DNA of 64,000 nt from Vicinamibacterales bacterium (GCA_965197935.1 CBDAOD010000003.1:919171-983170); one strand, 5' to 3'; positions 40,951 to 51,441 are shown, counted from the first letter of the stretch. Made by a program: numbers and translations. Notes: generated by a model from the sequence alone, not told the origin.

Positions 40951-41859
40951 CTACAAGACGTGTGCCTGGCGCATCACGGACTCACACTTCTGCCTGATCT
41001 CGGTTGCGACGTCGGATGGATCCCCCTGGACGAACTCCGTCCGGAACAACTCGACCGACAGCGCTCCAGCGTACCGCTTCTCTGCCAGCTTCTGGATGAT
41101 ACGGACCACTGGCGCGATCCCGTCGCCGGGAATCAGCCGTGAATCGTTGTCGATGAGCTCGCGGGGCGTATCGAGCAGATCCTGGAAGTGCGCGTGGGCG
41201 AGCTCGCCCGGTCGGAGCGAGTCCAGGTCGTCGAACTTGCTCAATCCCGACCAGAAATGGAAGAAGTCGAGCATCGGCCGAACGCTGGGGTGCGCCGCCT
41301 CCCGGATCATCTTGAGCGATGAGCTGAGCGTTGCCAGGTGGGTCGACGTGCGGATGAACTCGATCATGGCCGTGAGGTCGTACTCCCTCGCGATCTCTCC
41401 CGTCTCGCGGATGCAGTCCGGGGTTGCCGCGAAGTCTTCGGCGGTCACGGCCCGGTTGGTGGTCGACGGGGAGTAGATCTTCCGCAGACCGAGACTCGAG
41501 AACTGATCGCAACGCCTTCTCCACGTCTCGAGCGAAGCCGCCCGCGCCGGCCCCGGGATCCAGATATCCGGTAGGACCGCGGCGGCGGAAACCGGCGTCA
41601 GCCCAAGGTCGCTCAGCACGCGCCCCGCGGCAGGCATCGTCTCGCGCTCGAGGAATCCGTCGAGCAATCTGTCGCTCAGCTCGACGTACTCGATCCCGGC
41701 CTTCGCCCAGCCCTCGAGCGATCCGCGGTATCCCGCCGCCCGGGATGTGTTCTGGTGGATGCTGAGCAGCATCTTGCCCGGCGCAGCGGATTGCGCGCTG
41801 ACCACTCGCGCCAGGGGTGCCGCCAACGGAGCGAGAAGGAGGCTTCGTCTCGTGAGCAC
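40951..41859 (-). CDS. Sugar phosphate isomerase/epimerase (xylose-isomerase-like TIM barrel) with Tat-like leader
   Basis: LTRRSLLLAP, MIEF, MLDFFHF, HAHFQD, PGDG, LSVELF. Confidence 0.88.
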   Translation of the reverse strand: MLTRRSLLLAPLAAPLARVVSAQSAAPGKMLLSIHQNTSRAAGYRGSLEGWAKAGIEYVELSDRLLDGFLERETMPAAGRVLSDLGLTPVSAAAVLPDIWIPGPARAASLETWRRRCDQFSSLGLRKIYSPSTTNRAVTAEDFAATPDCIRETGEIAREYDLTAMIEFIRTSTHLATLSSSLKMIREAAHPSVRPMLDFFHFWSGLSKFDDLDSLRPGELAHAHFQDLLDTPRELIDNDSRLIPGDGIAPVVRIIQKLAEKRYAGALSVELFRTEFVQGDPSDVATEIRQKCESVMRQAHVL

Positions 41860-42109
41860 GTGCCTACTGTATCGCCGATTGCGAACGGCGCCCACATCCC
41901 GGGTGTCCTGGCACTCGTCGTGTGTCGATGGCCCGCGCGGTGCGGTTGCGACTCGGCACGCAAGAACCGGCCTCGACCAGGCTCGCCTTGAAAACCTCCC
42001 AGAGTTGACACTCTGGAGCGATAGGGTCATCATCGGCTGATTGCCTGCTATCGTCCGGTGGCCCACCGAGTCCGGCCAACGGGTCCCGAGAACCAGAGAG
42101 GAGATCCGC

Positions 42110-43723
42110 ATGAGGATTCTGTCCGCGTGTATGGTGGCGCTCGCGTTGGTCGTCGGCTGCGCCGGCGAGAATGCGGTCGAGGAAGCACCGAGCGGGGCCG
42201 CACCGGCCAACGAGATGCCCGCCCTCGGGCTCCGGCCGCAGGGCGACACCGAGATTCAGCCGGACCTGACCAAGGTCTCGCCCGAGCTGAAGGAGGTGTA
42301 CGACCACATCGACGCCAACTTCGACCAGCACGTCATGAACCTGCAGCGGTGGATCCAGCAGCCGAGCATCTCGAATACCGGCGAGGGGATCCCCGAGTCG
42401 GCCGTGATGGTCCGGGGCTTCTGGGAGGAGCTGGGCTGCGAGGCGCAGGTGCACGAGGTGGGCGAGACCGAATGGGGCGCCCAGGGCAACCCGGTCGTCT
42501 ACGGCCGGTGCGATGTCGGCGCGGAGCGCACGCTGATCATCTGGTGGATGTACGACACGATGCCGATCACGCAGCCCGACCTGTGGAACTATCCGCCGTT
42601 TGCGGCCGAGCTGGTCGAGCAGCCGCCCTACCCGAAGGTCGTGATCGGCCGGGGCGCCACGAACAGCAAGGGGAGGCAGATGGCGATGTGGAACGCCCTG
42701 ATGTCGATCAAGGCGGTCTCGGGGACGTTGCCGGTGAACTTCATCATCATCGCCGAGGGCGACGAGGAACGGATGGACATCGGCCTCCGCAAGTTCGTCA
42801 AGGAGAACGTCGAGCTGTTCGAGGGTGCCGACGCCCTCATCAGCGGTGGTGGCGGCGGGAGTGTGAGCGGCGGTGGCTCGGAAGGGTGCGTGTATATCGA
42901 GCTGACGACGAGCGGCGCCAAGTGGGGGCGCGGACCGGTGTATGGCGACATCCATGGCGGCCGCAAGCGGGCCGTGGACAGCCCGGCCTGGCGGCACATC
43001 CAGATGCTCGAGTCGATCATCGACGAGAACGGGAACATCGCGCGAGTCGAAGGGTTCTACGATGACATGGAGCCCCTCAGCGAGCAGATGATCGCGGACC
43101 TCAGGGAGCGGGCGGAGGGGCTCGACCTCGAAGCCGCGGCACGCCGAACCGGAGTGGCGCGGTTCATCTCGGACGACCCCTACGAGTATCTACGGATGTC
43201 GCGGCACGGCATGTCGTTCAACCTGGACGGCATCTGGGGTGGGAACATGTATGGCGGCGGGGCGGGCGCGATCCTGCCGAGCAAGATCACCTCGAAGCAC
43301 AACATCCGCTACGTGCCTGCGCAGGACGGGATCGACATCGTGAACAAGATCAAGGCGCAGATCGTGAAGAACGGCTACGAGGACGTCGAGATGCAGATCA
43401 TCGGCGACGTGCCCTGGCGGAAGCCGACGCTGGAGGGCGACCTGCCGCCGGCGCAGCTGCGCGCGCTCGAGATCATGAACATCCCGCACCGGGTGCCGCG
43501 GGAGCTGCGTGAGCCGCAGGAGCTGGGTGGCTACTGGCCGGCGTATCTGTTCGGCCGGGATCCGCTCAACATTCCGATCTCCGGCGCCGGCACTGGGGCC
43601 GGCGGCGGCGCGCACGCGAACAACGAGTACTACGTGATCGAGGGCTCGGGCAACACCTATGGCATGGCGGGCGCCGAGAAGATGTTCGCGACGGTGCTCT
43701 ACAACTTCGCCGGGAAGAACTAG
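42110..43723 (+). CDS. M20/M25/M40 metallo-hydrolase lipoprotein
   Basis: Lipobox VVGC, MYDTMP, GRGATNSKG, EGDEE, GAHANNEY. Confidence 0.88.
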   Translation: MRILSACMVALALVVGCAGENAVEEAPSGAAPANEMPALGLRPQGDTEIQPDLTKVSPELKEVYDHIDANFDQHVMNLQRWIQQPSISNTGEGIPESAVMVRGFWEELGCEAQVHEVGETEWGAQGNPVVYGRCDVGAERTLIIWWMYDTMPITQPDLWNYPPFAAELVEQPPYPKVVIGRGATNSKGRQMAMWNALMSIKAVSGTLPVNFIIIAEGDEERMDIGLRKFVKENVELFEGADALISGGGGGSVSGGGSEGCVYIELTTSGAKWGRGPVYGDIHGGRKRAVDSPAWRHIQMLESIIDENGNIARVEGFYDDMEPLSEQMIADLRERAEGLDLEAAARRTGVARFISDDPYEYLRMSRHGMSFNLDGIWGGNMYGGGAGAILPSKITSKHNIRYVPAQDGIDIVNKIKAQIVKNGYEDVEMQIIGDVPWRKPTLEGDLPPAQLRALEIMNIPHRVPRELREPQELGGYWPAYLFGRDPLNIPISGAGTGAGGGAHANNEYYVIEGSGNTYGMAGAEKMFATVLYNFAGKN

Positions 43724-43738
43724 ACCGACTCACCTTCG

Positions 43739-43762
43739 GGGGCGCACCTTCGGGTGCGCCCC
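43739..43762. terminator. Perfect 10-bp hairpin with C(UUCG)G tetraloop between convergent genes
   Basis: GGGGCGCACC-TTCG-GGTGCGCCCC. Confidence 0.65.
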
Positions 43763-43784
43763 ACTCTCTCCCGATACCATCCAG

Positions 43785-44585
43785 TCAATACTCGTCGTAG
43801 CCTTCGGTCAGCTCGATGTAGACGCCCGAGGGATCGGTGAGGAACGCGATCTTCAGCCCGACGCCGGCCACCTCGCGATACGCGATGTCGAACTCGATGC
43901 CGCTCGCCTCGAGCTTCTTGCAGAAGGCTTCCAGGTCGTCGACCTCGAACCCGATGTGGTCGAGCGCCCGACCCCGGGTGCCGACCGTCGGCTCCGGCGC
44001 GTTCGCGAAGCTCATGTTCATCCCCGGCACGTCCGTCGTCGTCTGAATCCTTCCGCGCGCGCGGCGGTCGATCGAGAACACCTCCGTGTACCAGTCCAGC
44101 AGCTCCTCGAAGTCCGGCGTGAAGAAGTGAATGTGGTAGCCGGCGATCTCCTCCGCGAGCTCCCGGTCCTCCTGCAGCTCGACCCAGACATCGTCGGGCG
44201 CCATCACGTAGGCGTTGGAGAACACCTCGGCTCCCGTGAACTCGGGGCCCACCTCCAGCCCGGCGGCGCGCCACTTCGCGAGGAAGGCCTCGATGTCGCG
44301 CACCTTGAAGCCGAAGTGGTCCAGCACCGACCCCTTCGTGCCGCCGGTCGGCTCCTGCTCGGTCAGCACGATCAGAACGTTCGGCAGCCGAACCGCAGTC
44401 AGCGGCCCCTTCCGGACCACGATGCCGCCGAAGTGCTCGACCCAGAGCTTCTCGTGGACCTCGACATCGCTGACGTTCAGGTGCACGTGGCCGTAGGTGA
44501 GGCCGTTCTCGTTCGGCGGGGCGAGCTGGGCGTATGAGAGCGATGCGAGCAAGCAAGCGACGGTGGCGATGAAGGGAAGCCGCAT
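43785..44585 (-). CDS. Exported two-domain VOC/glyoxalase-family protein
   Basis: GHVHLNV, DHFGFKV, HIHF, DHIGFEV, DPSGVYIELTE. Confidence 0.9.
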   Translation of the reverse strand: MRLPFIATVACLLASLSYAQLAPPNENGLTYGHVHLNVSDVEVHEKLWVEHFGGIVVRKGPLTAVRLPNVLIVLTEQEPTGGTKGSVLDHFGFKVRDIEAFLAKWRAAGLEVGPEFTGAEVFSNAYVMAPDDVWVELQEDRELAEEIAGYHIHFFTPDFEELLDWYTEVFSIDRRARGRIQTTTDVPGMNMSFANAPEPTVGTRGRALDHIGFEVDDLEAFCKKLEASGIEFDIAYREVAGVGLKIAFLTDPSGVYIELTEGYDEY

Positions 44586-44698
44586 GTTCGACGGAGTTCC
44601 ACTCGCCGCAGCGGGTCGCAACCTACCAGATCCCGCGCTACTGGAAGATCCGCGGGCCACCGTTTCGCCCCACTAGCGGGCGATTGGACAAAGCCGTG

Positions 44699-45900
44699 CT
44701 AGGGCGACGTCGGCCAGACCACGCCCTGATCGCGGGACGTGACCGGGCCCAGACCCTTGTAGACGAACTTCTGGAGCCGCTTTCCTTCGTAGGTTTCTGT
44801 CGTGTAGATGTTGCCCTTCGAATCGGTCGCGATGCTGTGCACGCCGTAGAAGGCGCCGGCCTGTCGGCCGCCGTCCCCGAAGCTCGTCAGGACTTCGAGC
44901 GACTCTCGCTCGATGATGTACACCTTCTCGTTCAGCCCATCCGCCACGTAGATGTACCGTTGCGCGTCGTCACGCGAGAACGCGAGATCCCAGACGGATC
45001 CGGAGCCGCGGGAGTTCTTCGCCACGAACTGCTCCTTGACGAAGGTGCCGTCCTTCTGGAACACCTGGATCCTGTCGTTGGCACGGTCGCAGACGTAGAT
45101 CAACCCGTCGTTCGAAACCTCGGCACAGTGCACCGGGCTCCTGAACTGCTGAGGCGGGGGAGCACTCGGGTCGTAGAGACCGATGTCGCTGTCGTCCGGC
45201 CGGTTGCCATACGCTCCCCAGTACCTCTTGAGCTCGCCGGTGTCCATGTCGACCACCGCCACGCGACGGTTGCCGTACCCGTCTGCGAAATAGGCCTCGT
45301 TGGCCTCCGTGTCGAACGAGACCTTGGCCACCCGCGAGTAGTGCGTGCGGCTGTTGCTGTCGATGCCTTGTCCCGCCTCTCCCACCTGCAGGAGGAATCG
45401 ACCGTCACGCGTGAATTTCAGGACGTGTGAATCCCCTGGCCGTTGCCGCCGATCCAGACGTTCTCCTTGTGATCGATCGTGATGCCGTGGTTCGACACCG
45501 GCCACGTGTATCCTTCCCCGGGCCCGCCCCAGTGCCCGACGAGGTTCCCCTCCGGATCGAATTCGAGTGCCTGCGGCGCCGGCACGCAGCATTGCTCGGC
45601 AATCGGTGGATCGAGCGAGGCCGGGATCTCGTTCGCGCCGAGCGTGTCCACCGAGCCACGGTGCACGATCCAGACATGGTCCCGTGCATCGACTCCCACC
45701 CCGATCGCCGACCCGAGCACCCAGTGGTTCGGCAAGGGCTTGGGCCAGAATGGATCGACCTCGAACATGGGAGCCTGGCCCCCCTGGGCTCCGGCGACGG
45801 TCGCCCTGTCCAGCATGGCCTGGCCGACTCCCAGCGCCGCGATTGTGACGATGCCGCCCGCGGCGATCAGGAGACGTCGTTGGTGCGTGGGGCGCTGCAT
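44699..45900 (-). CDS. NHL-repeat protein (PAL-like), 1-nt deletion in a G run near 45433
   Basis: FEVDPFWPKPLPNHWVLG, then DSHVLKFTRDG, ADGYGNRR, CDRANDRIQVF in the next frame. Confidence 0.85.
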
Positions 45901-46194
45901 GCTGTCCCTCCCCTGAGTGACTGTGTGTCCGTGTCGCGAAGGGTGCCATGGAACGGCCGCGAGCGCAAGCGTGTGGAGAGAGGCGGTGGTGCGCATGTGA
46001 ACCACCGGCCCTGCGTGGCATGATGACTCACCCGAGGGCACTCGGGCGCCCACGACGCGCTCTACGTGGGCACCAGCAACCGGGATGGCCGACGGGATCC
46101 CCTCCCGGGAGACGACCGGGTGCTGCGGATCGCGCCGGCGGGACGTTGAACTCCTCCAGTTTGTCAGGTTCGCTCGTTGTGGGGCGGAGCGGCG

Positions 46195-46249
46195 GCCGGG
46201 CGCCGCGCCGTCCTTGGTGCGACGCAGGACTTTCACCACGGGCTGCTAG
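46195..46249 (-). mobile_element. MITE/IS terminus remnant abutting IS701 copy 3
   Basis: Reverse complement CTAGCAGCCCGTGGTGAAAGTCC...GCGCGGCGCCCGGC shares blocks with 11453-11483 and 54568-54592. Confidence 0.5.
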
Positions 46250-47662
46250 TACTACTTTGTTAGATCCGCAAGTGCACCGACTTTAGCGCCTCGATGCGCT
46301 TCAGGTAGAACGGCCGTGGAGCAAAGAGGTCCGCGGTGAAGATTTCCTGCACGATCGCGCGGGCCACTGGAAAGGTGAGCCCGGCGAGGTGCCGCCGCCG
46401 CTCGGCCTGCAGGAAGTTGTACGTCACGGCGGTGAGCACGACGTGATGGTGCCAGCCCGGGAACGTGCGGCCTTCGAAGTGATCCAACCCGAGGTGGGGC
46501 TTCAACTCTTGGTACTGCTGCTCGATGGCCCACCGCTGATGCGCGAGTCGGACGAGCTGCGGCCAGGAGGTGGTGGCCGGCAGGTTGACGAAGAAGTATT
46601 TGGTCCGCGGCGTCGCGCCCGTGTCGCGTTCGGCCAGCAGCCACACCTCGGGGGCGAGCCGGCGGTCGCGCCAGTCGTGGGCCGGGGTCACCCGCAGGGC
46701 CACACACTGGACCGTCCAGCGGCGCCCGCCGCGGCGGTTGCGCCAGCTGATGGGCCGCCACCGCGGCTGCGCCTTGGCGGCCTGGGCCACCGTGTACGCC
46801 CGCACGCCCGCCGCCAGGTCTGGCCGGGTGCGCGGGCGCCCCAGCCGGCCGCCCCGCCGGTGCCCGAGGCGCGGCCGCCCCAGGAACACGGTCTGCGACG
46901 AGGAAATCCCCACCGCATAGGGGAGCCGCAACCGATGCCACATGGCCCGAAACAGGCCGGTATCGCCAAACTCCGCATCGGCCAGCACGCCGGTGCCGGT
47001 GAGGCCGCTGGCGCGCACCTGCCGGAGCAGGGTGAGCGCTTGGCGCCACTTCGCCTGCAACCGGACACCCCGGGGAAGCCGCGCCCGATCGCGGGCGGCG
47101 TCGGTCAGCCACGCCTCGGGCACATAGAGCGCGGCCCCCAGCAAGTAGGCGCGCAGCCCGGTCCACAGCGCCGCGGTGACCGCCACTTGGCCATTGGCGA
47201 CTTTCCCCACGGCCCCACAGTACTGGCGGGCCACCCCGACCGAGGACGTCCCTGGCTTGGGGAAACTCGTGCCAGCGAAGATCACCAGCCCTTCGCGTTC
47301 GGGCAGCACCGCCCGCAGGCAGCGCCAGACGCCGTCGGCACTCCACGGCGCATCGGTGATGAAGTGTTGGAACGCTTGATAGCCCCCGGGCTCGGTCCCC
47401 CGCGCCAGCATCGCTTCCATCGACTTGCGCGGGCTGTCGCTGAGCAACCCCTGGACGTACCGGCGCAACGCCAGCTCCTGTGCGCGCTGGCCGAAGCACG
47501 CCTTGAAGGCCTCGAGCCATCTCATCAGGCGACGCAACTGACCCACCGTGCGGCGGTCGTGCACTACCGCGCAGGGTACCGAATTCGCCGGAAAAGTACA
47601 ATGTCCTCAAATTAGATCACTTGTCGGATCTCGCCCAAATTGTGCGATCTAACAAAGTAGTA
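46250..47662 (-). mobile_element. IS701-family element, copy 3 (transposase 46260-47564)
   Basis: 1413 bp, same IRs, CTAG at 46246-46249 and 47663-47666. Confidence 0.95.
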
Positions 47663-47807
47663 CTAGTACCCACAGTCTGAAAGACGGATACGATGTCCAC
47701 GATGGTGGAGACGACCACATGGCCGCCGTTTCGGCCTACAGTGGGCGGTCTGACAACGTGGTAGTTAACCGGTGAGGTAACGACGGACCGAAGGGGGGCG
47801 AAGCACC

Positions 47808-48983
47808 ATGAACAGTGTCGACCGACGGCGGTTCCTCCAGGCAGGCGCCCTCGGGCTCGGGGGCGGCTTGCTCGATCCCGGTGGCGCCGTGGCCCAGGGC
47901 GCGGCGGCGATGGCGAGCCACGGAGCCGAGCCGACAGCCTCGAGAGTCAGGATGACCGGGGATGGGCTGGGTCTCACGGCGGCCGATCAGGCGCGGCTCC
48001 TGACGCGGCTGGCGGACGAGGACCGGATCGACCGGGACTCCTACTCGAACGGCGGAACGGTCCAGCAGCTGGAGGAGCAATTCGCTGCATTGCTCGGGAA
48101 GGAACGGGCCGTGTTCATGCCAACCGGCACGCTGGCGAATCATCTCGCCGTGCGCGCGCTTGGCGCCGGCGAGGGCCGCGCCATCGTCCAGGCCGAGAGT
48201 CACCTGTTCAACGACTCGGGCGACTGTGTCCAGACGTTGAGCGGCATCACGCTGATGCCCCTGGCGCCGGCCAGGGCCACCTTTACGCTCGAGGAGGTGC
48301 AGGAGGTCATCGGGCGCACGGCGAGCGGGCGGGTAGCGAGACCGGTGTCGGTGATTTCGGTCGAGACCCCGGTCAGGCGACGCTCGGGAGAGGCGTTCGA
48401 CCAGGTCGAGCTGGATCGGATCACCGCCTTCGCGCGAGGGGAGGGGATCCGACTGCACCTCGACGGCGCCCGGCTGTTTCTGCAGAGCGCCTGTACTGGC
48501 ATGGAGGTCGCCGCCTACGCGCGCCCCTTCGACACCGTCTACGTGTCGCTGTACAAGTACTTCAACGCGGTCTCCGGAGCGATCCTGGCTGGCCCGCGGG
48601 CGTTGCTCGACGGGATGTATCACACGCGCCGCATGTTCGGCGCCGGGCTTCCCGGTGCGTGGCCGTTCGCCGCTGTCGCCCTCCACTACCTGCCGGGGTT
48701 CGTCGATCGCTTTCGCGACGCCGTCGCGGTAGCCGAGTCGTTCATCGATCGGCTCACCAGCCACGACACCTTTACAGTCGAGCGGATGCCGGGGGGCACC
48801 AATCTCTTCCGGCTCCGCGTCGGCGCAGCCGACCCGGCAGAGTTCCGCGGACGACTGCGGGACCGTGGCGTCGATCTCGGGGCGGTGCGGCCGGACGGGA
48901 GCTTCCTGGTCGCGATCAACGAGACGTGGAGTCGCGTCGCGCCCGGCGCGCTGGCAGACCGCTTCGTGACGGCGCTGGGATGA
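47808..48983 (+). CDS. Tat-exported low-specificity threonine aldolase family PLP enzyme
   Basis: DRRRFLQAG, FMPTGTLAN, LHLDGARL, SLYKYF (PLP Lys). Confidence 0.88.
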   Translation: MNSVDRRRFLQAGALGLGGGLLDPGGAVAQGAAAMASHGAEPTASRVRMTGDGLGLTAADQARLLTRLADEDRIDRDSYSNGGTVQQLEEQFAALLGKERAVFMPTGTLANHLAVRALGAGEGRAIVQAESHLFNDSGDCVQTLSGITLMPLAPARATFTLEEVQEVIGRTASGRVARPVSVISVETPVRRRSGEAFDQVELDRITAFARGEGIRLHLDGARLFLQSACTGMEVAAYARPFDTVYVSLYKYFNAVSGAILAGPRALLDGMYHTRRMFGAGLPGAWPFAAVALHYLPGFVDRFRDAVAVAESFIDRLTSHDTFTVERMPGGTNLFRLRVGAADPAEFRGRLRDRGVDLGAVRPDGSFLVAINETWSRVAPGALADRFVTALG

Positions 48984-49047
48984 GGAAGGCGGGAGCGACG
49001 GATGCCGGCGAAAGTGAGCAGTACGGGGCGCATGTCGGTGTATAAGG

Positions 49048-49692
49048 GTGCTGATCCGACAGGTCGAAATGGACACCTTGAGCCACCCGCGACCGTCGAA
49101 GGAGCCTCCTCCCAACAAGAACATCGTGGTCTGCTCGGACGGCACCGGAAATACCGTCAACAAGATCTTCATGTTCGGATTCAGTCGCGGTGCGTTCACC
49201 GTCCGCACGCTTGTGGGGTTGATCGCCGACTGCGGACTCATCGATGCGAAGACCCCCAGGCCGATCAAGGCGCTTGGCCTGTTGACGCCGGGCACGGATC
49301 TCTGGCTCCGGTGGGTCGCCTGGAGGGCGTGGCGAGTACATCGATGGCACTATCGCGCGCTGCTCGAGACGCTGCTCCTGTCCACGGATTGCGAAGACCT
49401 GGCCCATGATCCCGCGGCGCGGGGCGGCGCTCTACTACTTTTACAAGCCCCGGAACATCGCCGAGCCGACCGCAAGGTGCCGCCCATCCCAGGGCTGTGG
49501 GCTCATCACGGCGCCGGTGCGCGAATGCCACGGCCCGCTGGAGCGGGTACCCGGCCACCGATTCGAAGGGCCAACCATCCGCTGACACCTGACCGCTGGG
49601 AGGATGCGCGACATGGCGAAGAGGAAGATCCGCACTCGAAGGCGGGCGCGCAAGAGGCGTGTCCCCCCGCCGCCGACCTACGTGCTCGGTAA
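49048..49692 (+). pseudogene. DUF2235 (Tle1-like alpha/beta hydrolase) fragment with an internal deletion
   Basis: KNIVVCSDGTGN is joined almost directly to IFMFGFSRGAFTVR; downstream sequence is not recognisable. Confidence 0.6.
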
Positions 49693-50176
49693 GGGCGGGC
49701 CCTCTCTGCTCGACCTGCGACTCCGGCGCAGCGAGGTCAGGATCCTGGTGACAGGGCCGGGCATGCTCTACGAAAAGCTCCGTCTCGTCACCTCGCTGAG
49801 CGTTTCCGAGGGGTGCCATTACCGCAGCATGCAACGCCTCGCGAGCGATCTGGTCGCCACGGCGCTGTGCGGCGCGCAGGGCTCACGACCGGCTGAGATT
49901 CGGGTCGTGGGTCGCCGGACGAGCGCCGTCCTCGAGATCGAGCCGGGTCCGTCCAGCATGTATCAGAACGAGCTGGTGCTTCGCACCCGCAACGGCTGGT
50001 CGTTCGACCGCGTCATTGGTCGTGCCCTCGCCGCGGGGTACGAGAAAAAAGACTACATCGTCGCCCTCGAGCCCATCCCGGCGACCGGGCATCTCGAGCA
50101 TCATGCCGTCCCCGGCCTGTCGGGGGAGGGCGACCCGCACCAGGGTCACGGCCGCGGAGGACGTCACCATGGATGA
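49613..50176 (+). CDS. Hypothetical protein with basic N-terminus and His-rich C-terminus, coupled to tyrosinase
   Basis: GGGAGG RBS; ends GHLEHHAVPG...PHQGHGRGGRHHG; stop overlaps the tyrosinase start. Confidence 0.65.
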   Translation: MAKRKIRTRRRARKRRVPPPPTYVLGKGGPSLLDLRLRRSEVRILVTGPGMLYEKLRLVTSLSVSEGCHYRSMQRLASDLVATALCGAQGSRPAEIRVVGRRTSAVLEIEPGPSSMYQNELVLRTRNGWSFDRVIGRALAAGYEKKDYIVALEPIPATGHLEHHAVPGLSGEGDPHQGHGRGGRHHG

Positions 50177-51233
50177 GCGTCGCAGCGTCGTCGCGCTGGC
50201 ACTCGATACCTCCGCACGCGATGATTTCCTCGAGGTCCTGATCCGGCTCAAGCACCGCCAGGTCGTCGGGGCCCCGGCCGGCTTCAGTGTCTACGATCAG
50301 TTCGTTCTCATCCACGGCGCGATCATGGCGCTACAGGTCCCCCTGTGGCCCGGCACCGTCAACGTCGGTCACTGGAATATCGGCTTCTGCCCCTGGCACC
50401 GACTCTACCTGCGGGAGTTCGAGCTGGCACTGCAGAACGAGGTTGGCGGGGTCTCGCTGCCCTACTGGGACTGGACGGACCACCCCGGTGCGCTGAATCG
50501 TCTCTTTACCGACGACTTTCTTAGCGAGCTGCGCTCTGGCGCGGCCAGTCCGGTGACGAACGGCGTCCTTCGCAACCCGGTACCGGTGGCGGACCGTCCC
50601 GACTGGTGGCCGACGAGCACTGGGGCGACCGGATTTCCGGTCTTCATCGAGGAGCAACGCGGGCCGTCTCTGAGCCGCGGCACGCCCTTGGGGGTCAGCT
50701 GGCCGCCAAGCGCCCAATCGATTGAGACCATCGAGAACCTCGATGTGTCCTCGTCGACACTGCATCGCTACTGGGTGTTCTGGATCGCGCTCGAGGGAGG
50801 CGTGCCCAACGTGTCCCTGGGCGCGAATCTCGGTACGCTGGCCAGTCGAACCCACAACGCGGGGCACAATCTTATCGGCGGCCACATGGGTGGTAGCTAC
50901 TCGCCCAACGACCCCGTGTTCTTTCTGCACCACTCGAACGTCGACCGGATCTGGTTCAACTGGCAGCAGAACATGCTCGCGGCGCATCCAGGGACCACAC
51001 ATCCCGACCACTATCCGCCGGAGGATGACGTCACGCCGTGGGACGGGGAGCCGATTCCGCGCGGACACCGGATCGACGATGCCCTCTGGCCCTGGGTCGG
51101 GGGTGCCGCCGGGTACGATGCCACGAACTTGAGTCCGCTTGGGAAGAGCCTGCTGCCCGACACTGGCGCTGCGCCGCCGGTTGCGGTGAGAGATGTCCTC
51201 GACATTGCGTCTATGGACTACCAGTACGTTTAG
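50169..51233 (+). CDS. Tyrosinase (type-3 di-copper)
   Basis: CuA His in LIHG, VGHW and FCPWHR; LPYWDW; CuB THNAGHN and DPVFFLHHSNVDRIW. Confidence 0.92.
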   Translation: MDERRSVVALALDTSARDDFLEVLIRLKHRQVVGAPAGFSVYDQFVLIHGAIMALQVPLWPGTVNVGHWNIGFCPWHRLYLREFELALQNEVGGVSLPYWDWTDHPGALNRLFTDDFLSELRSGAASPVTNGVLRNPVPVADRPDWWPTSTGATGFPVFIEEQRGPSLSRGTPLGVSWPPSAQSIETIENLDVSSSTLHRYWVFWIALEGGVPNVSLGANLGTLASRTHNAGHNLIGGHMGGSYSPNDPVFFLHHSNVDRIWFNWQQNMLAAHPGTTHPDHYPPEDDVTPWDGEPIPRGHRIDDALWPWVGGAAGYDATNLSPLGKSLLPDTGAAPPVAVRDVLDIASMDYQYV

Positions 51234-51394
51234 TGGACTGTATCAGTCATTTCTGTAGCGGTCGCCGGAGCTCAGCGCCCGGCAGGCAAGGCGCGACGAC
51301 CGAGCATACCGCGAGTATTCGAGGGAGGAGCAACGCCGTCCGCCGGGATGCTCCGCCCGGGGAGTGCTACAGACATGACTGATACAGTCCACTA
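51231..51394. mobile_element. Complete ~160-bp MITE, IS630/Tc1-mariner type
   Basis: 29-bp terminal inverted repeats TAGTGGACTGTATCAGTCAT(T/G)TCTGTAGC with one mismatch, including TA at both ends; begins in the tyrosinase TAG stop. Confidence 0.85.
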
Positions 51395-51441
51395 GTGCGA
51401 CCTGTCCGCGAAGTTGGGGCAGGCCAGGGAGGAGGGGTGGA

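Noticed and set aside
43760-43771. CCCACTCTCTCC, a 12-bp match to the tRNA-Ser 3' end, as a second att site
   Set aside because: The match stops before GCCA, overlaps a terminator stem, and the interval holds ordinary genes with no integrase
47663-47700. CTAGTACCCACAGTCTGAAAG as the end of a further stacked IS
   Set aside because: No partner end or second copy in the window, so it cannot be supported
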